From Gammaproteobacteria bacterium (lineage in GTDB: Bacteria; Pseudomonadota; Gammaproteobacteria; GCA-001735895): a stretch of DNA of 64,000 nt. The stretch covers positions 1 to 64,000 of the forward strand of contig JBNKUM010000089.1 of the NCBI GenBank assembly GCA_050298595.1. Reading direction: 5' to 3'. A model generated the notes under the pieces. That model was given only the letters and a program-made list of their open reading frames with translations. It ran no database searches and was not told the origin of the DNA. A program made the translations under genes and the position numbers. Below are positions 63,651 to 64,000 of the stretch, piece by piece; positions within the stretch are counted from its first letter, which is position 1; each line of letters starts with the position of its first letter.

Positions 63651-64000
63651 TCAATCATTCACAATAGCGGCTCGTGCTGTCGTTGCCTGGATGGCTTTTA
63701 ACAGGCACTTCATTTCATCGGGTGATTTCACGGTAATCTGTTGCAGACTCTGGTTCTTCAGGGTATTCCAGCTCAGCATGCGGGATAACCAGAAGCGGCA
63801 GGCGCCTAGCTGACGCATCAACGGTAATGCCTGTCGCTCATCCCGGCTCAATCGACGCTTGCACTGATAGCCGTTTATCATGGCATCAATACGGCGCTGA
63901 TCAAAACCCTGACCCTGACGACACCAGTCGTTAATCATGATAGCCAGGTCCAGCAGCAGATAATCCGTGCAGGCAAAAGACCAGTCGATGACTCCAGTGA
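63651..64000 (-). CDS. thrB: Homoserine kinase type II (APH-like), 3' part
   Basis: GVIDWSFACTDYLLLDLAI.INDW, Y...R.L, RFWLSR, K.P.E. Confidence 0.8.
   Translation of the reverse strand, partial: TGVIDWSFACTDYLLLDLAIMINDWCRQGQGFDQRRIDAMINGYQCKRRLSRDERQALPLMRQLGACRFWLSRMLSWNTLKNQSLQQITVKSPDEMKCLLKAIQATTARAAIVND

Overview
Chromosomal window of a Gammaproteobacterium (inferred from the proteins and gene order). From left to right: (i) 0-11 kb, an amine/aldehyde catabolic cluster (PuuB-like oxidoreductase, aldehyde dehydrogenase, tartrate/D-malate dehydrogenase, gabD), interleaved with a merR-copZ-copA copper operon and a CDGSH-glutamate-synthase-like gene. (ii) About 11-20.5 kb, an accessory/defence mosaic: a DnaA-box cluster, a BstA-like KilA-N protein, an IS256 remnant, lone fetB and argC genes, a 1256-aa nuclease-STAND (Avs-like) protein, a LysR fragment and RAYT transposase remnants, with module borders falling on REP-like palindromes. 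(iii) 21.6-36.2 kb, the core block mnmG-rsmG-parA-parB-atpIBEFHAGDC-glmU-glmS. (iv) 36.4-46.1 kb, an aryl-acid operon (Liv-type ABC importer, AcuB(CBS-ACT)-PaaI fusion, paaK, iorAB). (v) 51.4-60.5 kb, a sigma-54 regulon linking cyanase to an anion ABC importer and an OsmC/ACAD/DUF302/rubredoxin-reductase operon through three -24/-12 promoters and a shared 14-bp motif. (vi) A cobalamin riboswitch-controlled bluB-cbiB-cobD operon and the 3' end of thrB. The best candidates for an undescribed system are the cyanase-linked regulon (possible new thiocyanate-type catabolism), the REP-bounded cassette island with two defence genes, and the CBS-ACT-PaaI fusion. All family calls come from motif recognition by eye; no database searches were run.
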